Made by a program: the position numbers and the translations under genes. Below are positions 48,245 through 57,971 of a stretch of 64,000 nucleotides of DNA, piece after piece. The stretch comes from Spirochaetia bacterium (lineage in GTDB: Bacteria > Spirochaetota > Spirochaetia > DSM-2461). The notes under the pieces were generated by a model. The model searched no databases, was not told where the DNA came from, and saw only the letters and a program-made list of their open reading frames with translations. Numbering within the stretch: position 1 is the first letter of the stretch; each line of letters begins with the position of its first letter. The DNA lies in the NCBI GenBank assembly GCA_963668315.1, contig OY764216.1:5408001-5472000 (forward strand), given 5' to 3'.

Positions 48245-51200
48245 GTGTTGTACAAATACCGTTCGCGATGTTTGGCATCGATTGGGATGTTGCTCCTGCT
48301 TCTGTGCCAAGACCGTAGTGCTCGCGGCGATGACCTCAAGGAATGGAATCGCCTTTTCGCGCTTTGTGTGAAACAGACCGCAACGGGGCGCTTTGACGAG
48401 GCAGAGCGGAGCGTTTTCAAGCTCAAGGAGATTGCCGAAGGGCCGTTTTCCGACGAGCCGGCATGCATGGGGCATGTCCTCAGCCTTCGTGGCAATATCA
48501 ATCTCTGCCGTGGTGACTATGCAACAGCCGAGTCGTTTTTTGCACGCTCTTTGGAGATCTTTTCGTCTTCGCTCGGGAAGAGTCACCCGAATGTAGCCCT
48601 GGCGCACATGAATCTTGGAGTGACTTATCGCAAGCAGGGCAAGGAAACGGCGGCAGGACGCTCCTACGAACGTGCCCTGGCAATTCAGGAAGAGCTTATC
48701 AAGGAAGACGCAAGCGCAGAGAGCATCGAGCGGTCGGGCATTATTGACACACTGTCAAATCTGGGAGTGCTTCGCCAGTTGCAGGGGCGCGACGCCGAGG
48801 CGGTACGAGTTCTCGAACGTGCGCTGACCTACAGCAGCGAATGCGGAAACGAAACGTCGTCAGCAGAAGCGGGGGCACACAGCAACCTTGGGGGACTCCT
48901 CAACAAACTGGAACGCTATTCGGAGGCCATTGCCCATTTTGAGCAGGCCCTTGCCATTCGCAAGAAGATCCATGGCCAGGAGAACATCGACTATGCCCTG
49001 ACCCTGAACAACCTTGCGGCGGCCCATTTCTATCAAGAGCAGTACGACAAGGCGGAGCCGCTGTACCTTCAGGCACTGACCATTTGCGACAAACTGCCGC
49101 CGACGCCCGAGTCGGAGAGGATCACCACGACCTGGTCCGACAAACTCGCATCGATCTGCGAAGCGCAAGGCCGCTTTGCCGACGCGGAATCGCTCCACCG
49201 GCGTTTGCTGGCTCATTACGAGCGAGCCGACAAGCGTGACAACACGGCCGTTGCCATGAGCTTGAACAACGTCGGGTACTGCTGTTACATGCAGGCAGAG
49301 TACGACGACGCCGAGCAGATGTACAAACGCGCCCTGGCCCTTCGTGAGCGGATACACGGGAAAGACCATCCGGAAGTCGCAACCGTCGTCGGAAATCTCG
49401 GAACACTCTATTCGGCGCAGGGACGACTGGCCGACGCCGAGGAGTTCCACAAGCGGGCCCTACGCATCCAAGAAGACACGCTGCCCCGAAACGACCCTCG
49501 GATCGCCCTAAGCCTGAACAACCTGGCTGATGTCTATCGCATCCTGGCGCAGTACAGGAAAGCGGAACCGCTCTATGAGCGGGCACGCTCGATCTTCGAG
49601 CGATCGCCCGGAAGAAACAGCTTCGAATACGCCATGGCTCTGAACAATCTCGGCGTCCTCCATTCCGAAGTTGGGAACTATGCAACGGCGGCCGACTTTC
49701 ATCAGCAAGCCTTGAAGATCCGAGAGAAGCTTCAGGGAGCATCTCACCCGGATGTCGCGTTGAGTTCGCATAACCTGGCCACCGTGTATCTGGACGAGGG
49801 ACGTGACCTCGAGGCGAAGAAGCTCTTTGAACGCGCCCTGAAGATCTATCGGGACGCCGGACAAGGCGCACATCCGAATATCGCCCCCGTTCTCGATCTC
49901 CTGGGGAACGTCTACGTACATTTGGGACAATATGCCGATGCCGAAGCGCTTCTTCGGGAAGCGTTTGTGATCCGCCAGAGTGCGTTGGACCCCGGCCATA
50001 TCCAAGTGGCCACAAGCTACAACAATCTAGCCACAATCGCCACTCTGAGTGGCCGTTACGAGGACGCGTGCGCCCTGTCGGAGAAAGCTCTGGCAATCCA
50101 AGAGGATGTTCTCGGCGGCGATCACCCGGAAATCGCACGGACCCTGAATGCAATTGGCGGGACACATTTCGCCCGTGGCAGCTTTGCCGAGGCCGAGCCC
50201 TATCTTACGCGAGCCCTTTCGATTCGGGAGAAGGCCGGCTCCGATGAGCAGATCGCAGAAAGCCTCAATAATCTGGGAACGCTTCATGGTGACCTGGGGC
50301 ATTTCGAGGATGCGATTCGATTGCATGAACGAGCATTGAGTATTCGCAGAAACGCCGGCGGAGGTGCGTCCGAGTATGTTGGCCAGAGCCTGGTGAATCT
50401 CGCCATCGTGTATCGCGATCAGAAACAGTATGCCGCGGCAGAGCCGCTCATCGACGAAGCGATAACACTCTTCGATGACTTCCAGGCGAAGAGTGGCTGG
50501 AAGAACACCGCTCATCTGGTGCGTTCGGATATTCGGATGCGGCAGGGACGCCCGGACGCGGCATTGGCCGATATCCGAACCGCTATGCAACAGGCCAACG
50601 AGGTGCGGAAACAGATGCCCGGCGTCGCTCACCAGCGAGCGACCGCCTTCGGCCAGTTCGCCAGTGCATTCGAGAAAATGGTGGAATTCCAGACGGACGT
50701 GGAGGATTTGCCACAAGCCTTTGCCGCGATCGAGAGCTTCCGTGCCCAAAGCCTCCAGGATTTGATGCACTCCGCCGGCGTCGCTCTTCTCGAGGGTGTG
50801 CCCGAAGACAATGCGACTCGCTTGCTTCGAGCCGAATCTGATGCCAAAGCGGAAGTGGCGGCACTGCAGAAGCAACTTGACGTGATGCGTATCCGCTCCG
50901 ACATGGACGATGGAGAGAAGGTCCAGGAGACGAGACGACTTGCCCAGGCCTTGGAAGAGGCCCACGGGCGTCTTGTGCAGGCCTGGGCCGATATCAAGAA
51001 TGCCAGCCCGGCCTACCGGATGATTGTGACGGAAGACCGAGAACCGGTGAAGTTGGAGGTCTTCCAGGAAGAACTGAGCGGATCCGGCACCCTCGCTTTG
51101 CAGTACATGCTCGGCCAAGACAACGGTTTCCTCCTTGCCTACGGCGGCGGAATCGAACCGGTGCTCAGCAAATTGGACGTCAAGGAAGCCCAAGCCACGA

Positions 51201-52312
51201 CGCTCGGCTGCAAAGCAGGCCCACTCACTGCGGCCCAAGTTCGGCAGATTCTATTGGGCAACGACGACCGCCCCGGACTCCTCCAAGAGCTGACAAATCG
51301 GAATCAGATTGAGGACGACGGCCTTCCGTCAGAAGAGATAATCAAGCAACTCAACACGCTCTGGACGGTCCTTGTTCCTGACGAAACGCTCCGGGAGAAA
51401 CTGGCTGACGGTGAGGCCCTTCAACGTCTGTTGATTTTGCCGGACGGGATTCTGGCTCGGCTGCCCTTCGAAGCTCTGGTCGTCAACGACGATCCCGTTA
51501 ACCCGGAATACCTGATCGACAACGGGCCGGCGACCATGTATGCTCCCTCGGCCACAGTCTTCTACAACCTCAAGCATCGCAAGCTTGCCTCTTCGGAGGG
51601 CGAGACCCTCACCGTGGGCAACCCGCGATATGGAGGCGACGGCGAACCGGGCGATCGTGGAGACGTTCTCGACGAGTTGAAGACGGCTAGCCGGTTTGCC
51701 CATCTGGGTACGCTTGCCGAACTGCCGTGGACTGGGGATGAAAGCCGTTGGATCAAGGAGTCATGCGACGCCAAGGGCTTGCCGGTTGTCCAACTGACTC
51801 AGGAATCGGCCACCGAGGCCAAAGTCCGCCAAAACGTGGCCGGCCGATCACTCGTCCATCTCGCCAGCCACGGCATGGCCGATGGTTCGCACGGCAACCT
51901 GTTCGGTGCATTGGCACTCACCCCCGTCGATGCCGGAGACACCTCGAACGACGGATTCCTGACCGTAGCCGAGATGTTCGATCTGGACCTGCACGCCTGC
52001 GAGCTGGCGATCCTGAGTGCCTGCGACACGAACATCGGCCCCAATCAGCGTGGGGAAGGCACGTGGTCGATGTGCCGGGGAATGTTGACATCGGGCGCGC
52101 GGCGTGTGGTCACCACCGACTGGCAGGTGGCCGACGAGGCTTCGGCTCACCTGGTGTATGCATTCGTCTATTACCTGCACGATTCCGAATCGCAGGCACG
52201 CGACCACGCCGAATGTCTGCGTAACGCCCGGCTTTCGATTCGGAACCATGACACTCGCCAATGGCGGCACCCGTATTTCTGGGCGCCGTTCGTGTTGACG
52301 GGACCGGAGTAG
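48245..52312 (+). CDS. Secreted TPR-CHAT protease, copy 3
   Basis: GTG start after AAGGAAGG; signal peptide (ARG|DD); TPR array; HLASHG/LSACDT dyad. Confidence 0.92.
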   Translation: MLYKYRSRCLASIGMLLLLLCQDRSARGDDLKEWNRLFALCVKQTATGRFDEAERSVFKLKEIAEGPFSDEPACMGHVLSLRGNINLCRGDYATAESFFARSLEIFSSSLGKSHPNVALAHMNLGVTYRKQGKETAAGRSYERALAIQEELIKEDASAESIERSGIIDTLSNLGVLRQLQGRDAEAVRVLERALTYSSECGNETSSAEAGAHSNLGGLLNKLERYSEAIAHFEQALAIRKKIHGQENIDYALTLNNLAAAHFYQEQYDKAEPLYLQALTICDKLPPTPESERITTTWSDKLASICEAQGRFADAESLHRRLLAHYERADKRDNTAVAMSLNNVGYCCYMQAEYDDAEQMYKRALALRERIHGKDHPEVATVVGNLGTLYSAQGRLADAEEFHKRALRIQEDTLPRNDPRIALSLNNLADVYRILAQYRKAEPLYERARSIFERSPGRNSFEYAMALNNLGVLHSEVGNYATAADFHQQALKIREKLQGASHPDVALSSHNLATVYLDEGRDLEAKKLFERALKIYRDAGQGAHPNIAPVLDLLGNVYVHLGQYADAEALLREAFVIRQSALDPGHIQVATSYNNLATIATLSGRYEDACALSEKALAIQEDVLGGDHPEIARTLNAIGGTHFARGSFAEAEPYLTRALSIREKAGSDEQIAESLNNLGTLHGDLGHFEDAIRLHERALSIRRNAGGGASEYVGQSLVNLAIVYRDQKQYAAAEPLIDEAITLFDDFQAKSGWKNTAHLVRSDIRMRQGRPDAALADIRTAMQQANEVRKQMPGVAHQRATAFGQFASAFEKMVEFQTDVEDLPQAFAAIESFRAQSLQDLMHSAGVALLEGVPEDNATRLLRAESDAKAEVAALQKQLDVMRIRSDMDDGEKVQETRRLAQALEEAHGRLVQAWADIKNASPAYRMIVTEDREPVKLEVFQEELSGSGTLALQYMLGQDNGFLLAYGGGIEPVLSKLDVKEAQATTLGCKAGPLTAAQVRQILLGNDDRPGLLQELTNRNQIEDDGLPSEEIIKQLNTLWTVLVPDETLREKLADGEALQRLLILPDGILARLPFEALVVNDDPVNPEYLIDNGPATMYAPSATVFYNLKHRKLASSEGETLTVGNPRYGGDGEPGDRGDVLDELKTASRFAHLGTLAELPWTGDESRWIKESCDAKGLPVVQLTQESATEAKVRQNVAGRSLVHLASHGMADGSHGNLFGALALTPVDAGDTSNDGFLTVAEMFDLDLHACELAILSACDTNIGPNQRGEGTWSMCRGMLTSGARRVVTTDWQVADEASAHLVYAFVYYLHDSESQARDHAECLRNARLSIRNHDTRQWRHPYFWAPFVLTGPE

Positions 52313-52346
52313 TGGTCACAAGACTCATCTCGACTCGGAGAGCACC

Positions 52347-55300
52347 GTGCGACCGATCCTATCGCTCTTTCTCGCTATTTCAGTCACGCTTGTTTCAGGC
52401 TCCCTTGCTTCTGCTCAGTCGCTGAAGTCCTTCTGCGCCGATGCGGAACGTGCAAGGCAGTTCATTTCTTCCGGGCAGTACGCAGAGGCTGACCGGCTTA
52501 CGGCCGAACTCGTTGCCGCCGCACAGAAGCGTTTTGCTGCGGAGGAACGGGCATCGACCGAACTCAACAACATCGGATTGGCGTATTTCCGCCGAGGCCG
52601 TTACGATCGTGCTCGACGCGCATTCATGCCTGCGTTGACGATCTCCGAAAATATCGATGCGAAGAGTCTTGATACGGGGATCATTCTGGACAATCTGGGA
52701 GTGATTGCGAGCAAGCAGGGGCGATACCAGGATGCAGAACGATACGAGCAGAGGGCTTTGGCAATCCGTGAAAAGGCATTGCCGGGAGACAGTCCACTTG
52801 TTGCCTTGTCCCACAATAATCTCGGGACATTGTATCAAAGGCAGAATCGATATTCCGAGGCCGAACAGCATCTCAAGGACGCAATAGATATCTACCGAAA
52901 GAAGACGGACAAGTCATTGGATCTCGCGCGTAGCCTTGACAACCTCGGCACCGTGTACGAGAGGCTCGGGCGATATTCCGAATCTGAAGCCCTGTACAAG
53001 GAGGCACTGAAGATACGCGAAGCTCAGCTCGATCCCATGCATGTCAGTCTCGCCTCCACACTCAATAACCTCGGTGTATTGTACAAGGCAACGGGACGGT
53101 ATACCGAGGCAGAACCGCTTTATGAGCGGGCGATTCGAATCTGGGAGCACCAAGACCACCCCAGTCGCGCCTGGGGTCTGGACAATCTGGCTACGTTGCG
53201 TGACGTGCTCGGTCATTATTCAGAGGCCGAAGAGCCCTGCCGGCGAGCCCTCAACCTGAGATTGAGGACATTTGGGGAAGGCCATCCTGAGGTCGCAACG
53301 AGCTATAACAACTTGGCGTTAATTCTGGATCACCAAGGAAAGCACGCTGAAGCGGAGGACCTCTACAGACGGGCACTGGAGGCGGCAACGGCACAAACCG
53401 GCGATGATCCGGATACGGCGACTCGGCTCAACAACCTCGGCTCCCTCCTGCGAGATCTCGGCAAATTCGACGAAGCGGAGCCTCTGCTGAAACGTGCGGT
53501 GGAGATCCAGGAAAGCAGGGGCAACGGGGAGCCGTCGGCACTCGGATACAAGTTGAGTAACCTCGCGGTGCTCTACGATCTTCTTGGACAACACGCTCAA
53601 GCAGAGAAGCTGCACTTGCGCGCCTTGAATGTCTACGAGAGTGGTTGTCCATCGGGACACCCGGACATTGCGACCGGACTACATTGCCTTGCCTTTCACT
53701 ACTCTGAACAACGCCGGTACGAAAAGGCAGAGCCCCTGTTGCGCAAGGCCATGGAGATATGGGAAGCAAGGGAAATGACGGGGCATCCGGCGTATGCAGC
53801 CTGCCTCAACACGCTGGGAACACTTCTTGATGATCAAGGCCGCAACGCTGAGGCCGAGGAGGTCCTTCTCAAGGCACTGGAGGCGAACGAGAAGGTATTC
53901 GGAGAGAATCACCTCAATGTGGCGATAAATCTTCAGAATCTGGCTGGTGTCTACTGGGACCTGGACCGAAATTCTGATGCGGAACCACTCTTCCGGCGTT
54001 CCCTCAGGATCTTCGGACAAAAACTGGGAACAGATCATCCCACGTACGCGACAGCTCTCACACGGCTTGCCGGCCTGGCCAGATTCGAGGGACGCGCTTC
54101 CGAGGCCGAATCGCTATGCAGTCAAGCGGTAGAGACGGTGCGCAAGACGGGCGTATGTGCCCCACGATTCGCCGTGGAGTGTTTTGTCAACCGGGCACAG
54201 CTCTATTGGGCGCTTGGGCGAGAAGAGGAGGCAATTGACGATTTGGAAGAGGCTATGACGTACGCCGGCCAGGTGCGTGAGCACGCTTCAGGGGGCGATG
54301 TTCATAGGTCGATGACCTTCGCGAGCTATGTCGGGGTCTTTGAGGTAATGCTCGACTGGCAGGCGAAACTCGGCGAGTTGACCGTGGCGTTCCAGACGAT
54401 CGAACGCTGTCGTGCCCAGGGCCTTCAGGATCTTATGCAGTCCAACGGGATGGACCTGCTTGAAGGCGTGCCGGAACAGACCGCCTCCGAATTGCGGGAA
54501 GCGGCACACGTTGCACAGGCCGAAGTAGCCTCGCTGCTCAAACAGATCGAGGTGCTTCATGAACGTACGGACTTGGCGTCGAAAAAGAAAGCCAAGAAGA
54601 CGGAAGATCTCGTCGATCTTCTCGACAACGCCCGCGAATCACTAGTGCAGGCCTGGGCGGATATCAAGAACGCCAGCCCCGCCTACCGGATGGTCGTGAC
54701 GGAGAATCGAGAACCGGTGCCGTTCGAGGCGTTCCAGCAGGAACTTGGGAAGTCCGATACGGTTGCACTGCAATACTTGCTCGGTGAGAAGAACGGTTTC
54801 CTCCTTGCCTACGGCGGCGGAATCGAACCGGCACTGATCACGTTGGAGATCAGTGACACTCAGTCCGAGGTGTTCGGCTGCGATGCCGGCCCGCTAACGG
54901 CTGCTCGCTTTCGGCAGGTTCTTCTGGGCAACAAGGATCGGCCGGGACTTCTCCGCGATTTGACGACCCTCGGGGAGGTGACTGACGAAGGTCTGCCATC
55001 GAAAGAGACCCTCAATGCCTTACGTACTCTGTGGGCTGTTCTCGTGCCCGATGAGACGCTGCGTGAGAAGCTCGTCGACGGGGAGAGCTTCAAACGCCTG
55101 TTGATTCTTCCGGACGGCGTCCTTGCCCGATTGCCCTTCGAAGCCCTGGTCGTGAACGACGATCCGCAAGCTCCGGAGTACCTTCTCGACAACGGGCCGC
55201 CGACCATGTACGCTCCTTCGGCCACCGTGTTTCACAACCTCAAGCAGCGAGAGGTCTCTGCTTCCAAGGGTGAGACGCTGACGGTCGGCAATCCGAGCTA

Positions 55301-55982
55301 CGGTTCGACAGCCCAACCGGGAGATCGCGGAACGGTTCTGGAAGAACTTCAGATTGCCAGTCGCTTCGCCCATCTCGGACGGCTTGCCGACCTGCCTTGG
55401 ACCGGTGATGAGAGCTGCTGGATCAAGGAATCCTGCGAGGACAAGCATCTGCCGGTGGTCCAGTTGACAAAAGAGAAGGCGACCGAGGAGAACGTTCGCA
55501 ATAACGTTCGAGGCCGTTCGCTGGTTCACTTCGCCTGCCATGGTCTGGCGGACAACGAGTATGGGAATCTGTTCGGGGCCCTGGCCTTGGCGCCGGTCGA
55601 TGCGGGCGATCCGTCGAACGACGGCTTCCTGACCGTGGCCGAGATGTTCGATCTGGACCTGCACGCCTGCGAGCTGGCGATCCTGAGCGCCTGCGACACG
55701 AACATTGGCCCCAATCAGCGTGGGGAAGGCACGTGGTCGATGTGCCGGGGGATATTGACGTCGGGCGCCCGGCGTGTGGTCACCACCGACTGGCAGGTGG
55801 CTGACGAGGCTTCGGCTCACCTGGTATATGCATTCGTCTACTACTTGCACGATTCCGAATCGCAGGCACGCGACTACGCCGAATGTCTGCGTAACGCCCG
55901 GCTTTCGATTCGGAACCATGATAATCGGCAATGGCGGCATCCGTATTTCTGGGCGCCGTTTGTGTTGATGGGACCGGAGTAG
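52347..55982 (+). CDS. Secreted TPR-CHAT protease, copy 4
   Basis: GTG start after GGAGAG; signal peptide (ASA|Q); TPR array; HFACHG/LSACDT dyad. Confidence 0.93.
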   Translation: MRPILSLFLAISVTLVSGSLASAQSLKSFCADAERARQFISSGQYAEADRLTAELVAAAQKRFAAEERASTELNNIGLAYFRRGRYDRARRAFMPALTISENIDAKSLDTGIILDNLGVIASKQGRYQDAERYEQRALAIREKALPGDSPLVALSHNNLGTLYQRQNRYSEAEQHLKDAIDIYRKKTDKSLDLARSLDNLGTVYERLGRYSESEALYKEALKIREAQLDPMHVSLASTLNNLGVLYKATGRYTEAEPLYERAIRIWEHQDHPSRAWGLDNLATLRDVLGHYSEAEEPCRRALNLRLRTFGEGHPEVATSYNNLALILDHQGKHAEAEDLYRRALEAATAQTGDDPDTATRLNNLGSLLRDLGKFDEAEPLLKRAVEIQESRGNGEPSALGYKLSNLAVLYDLLGQHAQAEKLHLRALNVYESGCPSGHPDIATGLHCLAFHYSEQRRYEKAEPLLRKAMEIWEAREMTGHPAYAACLNTLGTLLDDQGRNAEAEEVLLKALEANEKVFGENHLNVAINLQNLAGVYWDLDRNSDAEPLFRRSLRIFGQKLGTDHPTYATALTRLAGLARFEGRASEAESLCSQAVETVRKTGVCAPRFAVECFVNRAQLYWALGREEEAIDDLEEAMTYAGQVREHASGGDVHRSMTFASYVGVFEVMLDWQAKLGELTVAFQTIERCRAQGLQDLMQSNGMDLLEGVPEQTASELREAAHVAQAEVASLLKQIEVLHERTDLASKKKAKKTEDLVDLLDNARESLVQAWADIKNASPAYRMVVTENREPVPFEAFQQELGKSDTVALQYLLGEKNGFLLAYGGGIEPALITLEISDTQSEVFGCDAGPLTAARFRQVLLGNKDRPGLLRDLTTLGEVTDEGLPSKETLNALRTLWAVLVPDETLREKLVDGESFKRLLILPDGVLARLPFEALVVNDDPQAPEYLLDNGPPTMYAPSATVFHNLKQREVSASKGETLTVGNPSYGSTAQPGDRGTVLEELQIASRFAHLGRLADLPWTGDESCWIKESCEDKHLPVVQLTKEKATEENVRNNVRGRSLVHFACHGLADNEYGNLFGALALAPVDAGDPSNDGFLTVAEMFDLDLHACELAILSACDTNIGPNQRGEGTWSMCRGILTSGARRVVTTDWQVADEASAHLVYAFVYYLHDSESQARDYAECLRNARLSIRNHDNRQWRHPYFWAPFVLMGPE
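54645..55982 (+). repeat. Near-identical ~1.34-kb CHAT-coding repeat; partner at 46836-48173
   Basis: Colinear with 46836-48173; I saw only scattered substitutions. Confidence 0.9.
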
Positions 55983-56107
55983 GTTGGATTACCGCGTTTG
56001 TTGGAGATCCTGATTGACACTTTGCCCTTTCCGTTGTTTTCGAACCCCAAGCGGCAAGGAGGCTGCAACGAGAGGCTTCGACCCTGAATCTCTGGAGAAG
56101 AACATTG

Positions 56108-57226
56108 ATGCGACCTCGACAAATACAGGGAACCTTCTGGATCGTAATCCTGGGCGTTTTGGCGGGACCGGTCGCGGGCCAGATTGCGGTGGCTCCGCCG
56201 ATGCCCGACCATGCTTCGGTCGGCAAGACGTGGGTGGTTGCGATCGGCGTCGGCAAGTATGAGCACTTGCAGTCATTGGCTTATACGTTGGCTGATGCCA
56301 AGGCATTTGCCGACGCCTTCGAGGAGGTGGGATTGGTCAACCGACGGCAAGTGCGGCGGGTGACCGACGGCGATGCCGCGATTTCGGACGCCAAGGCGCT
56401 CCTCAGGCTGCTCGAAGGGCAAATGGGCAACGCCGGTTCACAGGACACCTTCGTCCTCTTCTACGCCGGTCATGGCTACAGTTCCGAAGACGGAAAGGCC
56501 TTTCTGGCGCCGGCGGGATTCGATTTGGATCGGCCGGCTGAGACGGGGATTTCGATGGAACGCCTCCGTGAGGTATTGGACGCGTGCCCCGCTCGTGTGA
56601 AGTGCGTCATCCTCGACGCGTGTTACAGCGGCGGGTTCAGCACGGACCGGCAGTTCGACGGGCAGGCCGCCGTGGATTTGCTCAAGAGCGCTCGCGGCAC
56701 GGTCGCGATATGCAGCAGCACCGACCGGCAGCCGAGCCTGGAATCGGCAGAACTCGAGCACGGTGTGTTCACGTATTGGCTGGTTCGCGGACTTCGCGGA
56801 GACGCCAATTCGCAGATCGACACGGTCATCGATGCGGCGGAACTGTTTCGCTACGTCAAGGACCGGGTGGCCAAGACGGCGGACGAAGCGGGAGGTCTCG
56901 TGCAGCAGCCGACCTGGGGCCTGGACCGCATGCCCGAGATCCCCACGGTGATCGAATTGCGACGTCCCGACCGGCCGAGTGTGCTGGTGCCGATGAAGGC
57001 CGCGCCGCTTCCTCCGGATCCGAAGGTACTCTCCGTTTTCCTGGACAGCATCGAACATTTCCCGCACGCCAATGCCCGAAATGCGATCGGCATCTCGAAA
57101 TGGGTGCTGGCGAACGCTCCTCCCGGCTCCAGTCTCGCAAGGCGAGCCCAAGCGCATATCGACAAGCTCGACAAGATGATCCTGGAAGGCACGCTGCGTC
57201 TGCCGCCGCCGGGAGAGGAGGAATAG
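56108..57226 (+). CDS. Secreted caspase (C14) protein with a short helical C-terminal domain
   Basis: Signal peptide; FYAGHG, ILDACYSG and HGVFTYWL. Confidence 0.88.
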   Translation: MRPRQIQGTFWIVILGVLAGPVAGQIAVAPPMPDHASVGKTWVVAIGVGKYEHLQSLAYTLADAKAFADAFEEVGLVNRRQVRRVTDGDAAISDAKALLRLLEGQMGNAGSQDTFVLFYAGHGYSSEDGKAFLAPAGFDLDRPAETGISMERLREVLDACPARVKCVILDACYSGGFSTDRQFDGQAAVDLLKSARGTVAICSSTDRQPSLESAELEHGVFTYWLVRGLRGDANSQIDTVIDAAELFRYVKDRVAKTADEAGGLVQQPTWGLDRMPEIPTVIELRRPDRPSVLVPMKAAPLPPDPKVLSVFLDSIEHFPHANARNAIGISKWVLANAPPGSSLARRAQAHIDKLDKMILEGTLRLPPPGEEE

Positions 57227-57324
57227 AGGCGTTTTTCCCACGCGTTCGACTTTTTGGGATGCCTCCGACGCGTGCCGGGACGGGACGCCCCCCCCGATGG
57301 CGTGAAACGGGGACTGAAGATTCT

Positions 57325-57353
57325 CGCGCAATCCAGGCGGATGGTAGGTGTAT
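57325..57353 (+). promoter_or_regulatory. Candidate ECF promoter, copy 3
   Basis: CGCGCAA-N16-GTGTAT, about 50 nt upstream of the ATG at 57404. Confidence 0.45.
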
Positions 57354-57403
57354 TGCTGACAGTATTGGAATGGCTTTTTTTTCCCGAATATGGAGAAATC
57401 ACG

Positions 57404-57865
57404 ATGAGAGACAGATGGTTGTTTGTGGCTGCCGGACTCCTTTTGGTCGCTTGCCTGGGATGTTCGTCCGAACCGCCGGCGGACTCGAAGACGGGGCAGA
57501 AGCCCGACCCCCCTGCCCAGGAGCAAGCAGTTCCCTCCGCGCCTGGTGACGAGCAAGGCCAGGTCGACCTGAAGCAGGCTCCCGTGGCTGTGCCCAGCAA
57601 GACGGGCCAGGAGCAGTCGGAGGTTCCTCCCGCACCAGGTGACGGACAAGAACAGGTTAGTCAGAAACAGGCTCCCGTGGCTGCGTCTGCCAAGGCAGGT
57701 TCGGATCAGCTGAAGATCCCTGCTGCACCTGGTGACGGGCAAGGTCAGGTTAGTCAGAAACAGGCTCCCGTGGCTGCGCCCGGCAAGTCCGCCCCGGAAA
57801 AATCAGAAGCTCAGCCCGCGCCGGGCGACCAGTCGGGGGCAGCGAACGAGAAGCAGACGCAGTAA
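57404..57865 (+). CDS. Lipoprotein with 31-aa Gln/Lys/Pro-rich repeats
   Basis: GGAG RBS; lipobox-like LVACLG|C; repeats of P.APGD.Q.QV..KQAPVA. Confidence 0.8.
   Translation: MRDRWLFVAAGLLLVACLGCSSEPPADSKTGQKPDPPAQEQAVPSAPGDEQGQVDLKQAPVAVPSKTGQEQSEVPPAPGDGQEQVSQKQAPVAASAKAGSDQLKIPAAPGDGQGQVSQKQAPVAAPGKSAPEKSEAQPAPGDQSGAANEKQTQ
57530..57830 (+). repeat. About 3.3 imperfect 93-bp tandem repeats inside the lipoprotein gene
   Basis: CAGGCTCCCGTGGCTG recurs at 93-bp spacing. Confidence 0.85.
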
Positions 57866-57971
57866 AGCCCGTTGCAGAAACTTGACAAATCGGCCAGGGA
57901 CGTCCACCGATGCAGTCAACTTTCCAGCCTCTGCTAGACGCAAAGACCAATAGCAACTGGAGGAAAAGACC

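Noticed and set aside
40135..55982. TPR-CHAT genes as type III-E Craspase (Csx29) components
   Set aside because: No cas7-11 or other cas gene and no array in the window, and the proteins have signal peptides. A CRISPR locus beyond the window end cannot be excluded.
43380..55982. Near-identical 3' gene ends as diversity-generating retroelement TR/VR pairs
   Set aside because: No reverse transcriptase is visible, all copies are coding, the repeats exceed 1 kb and differences are not confined to adenines.
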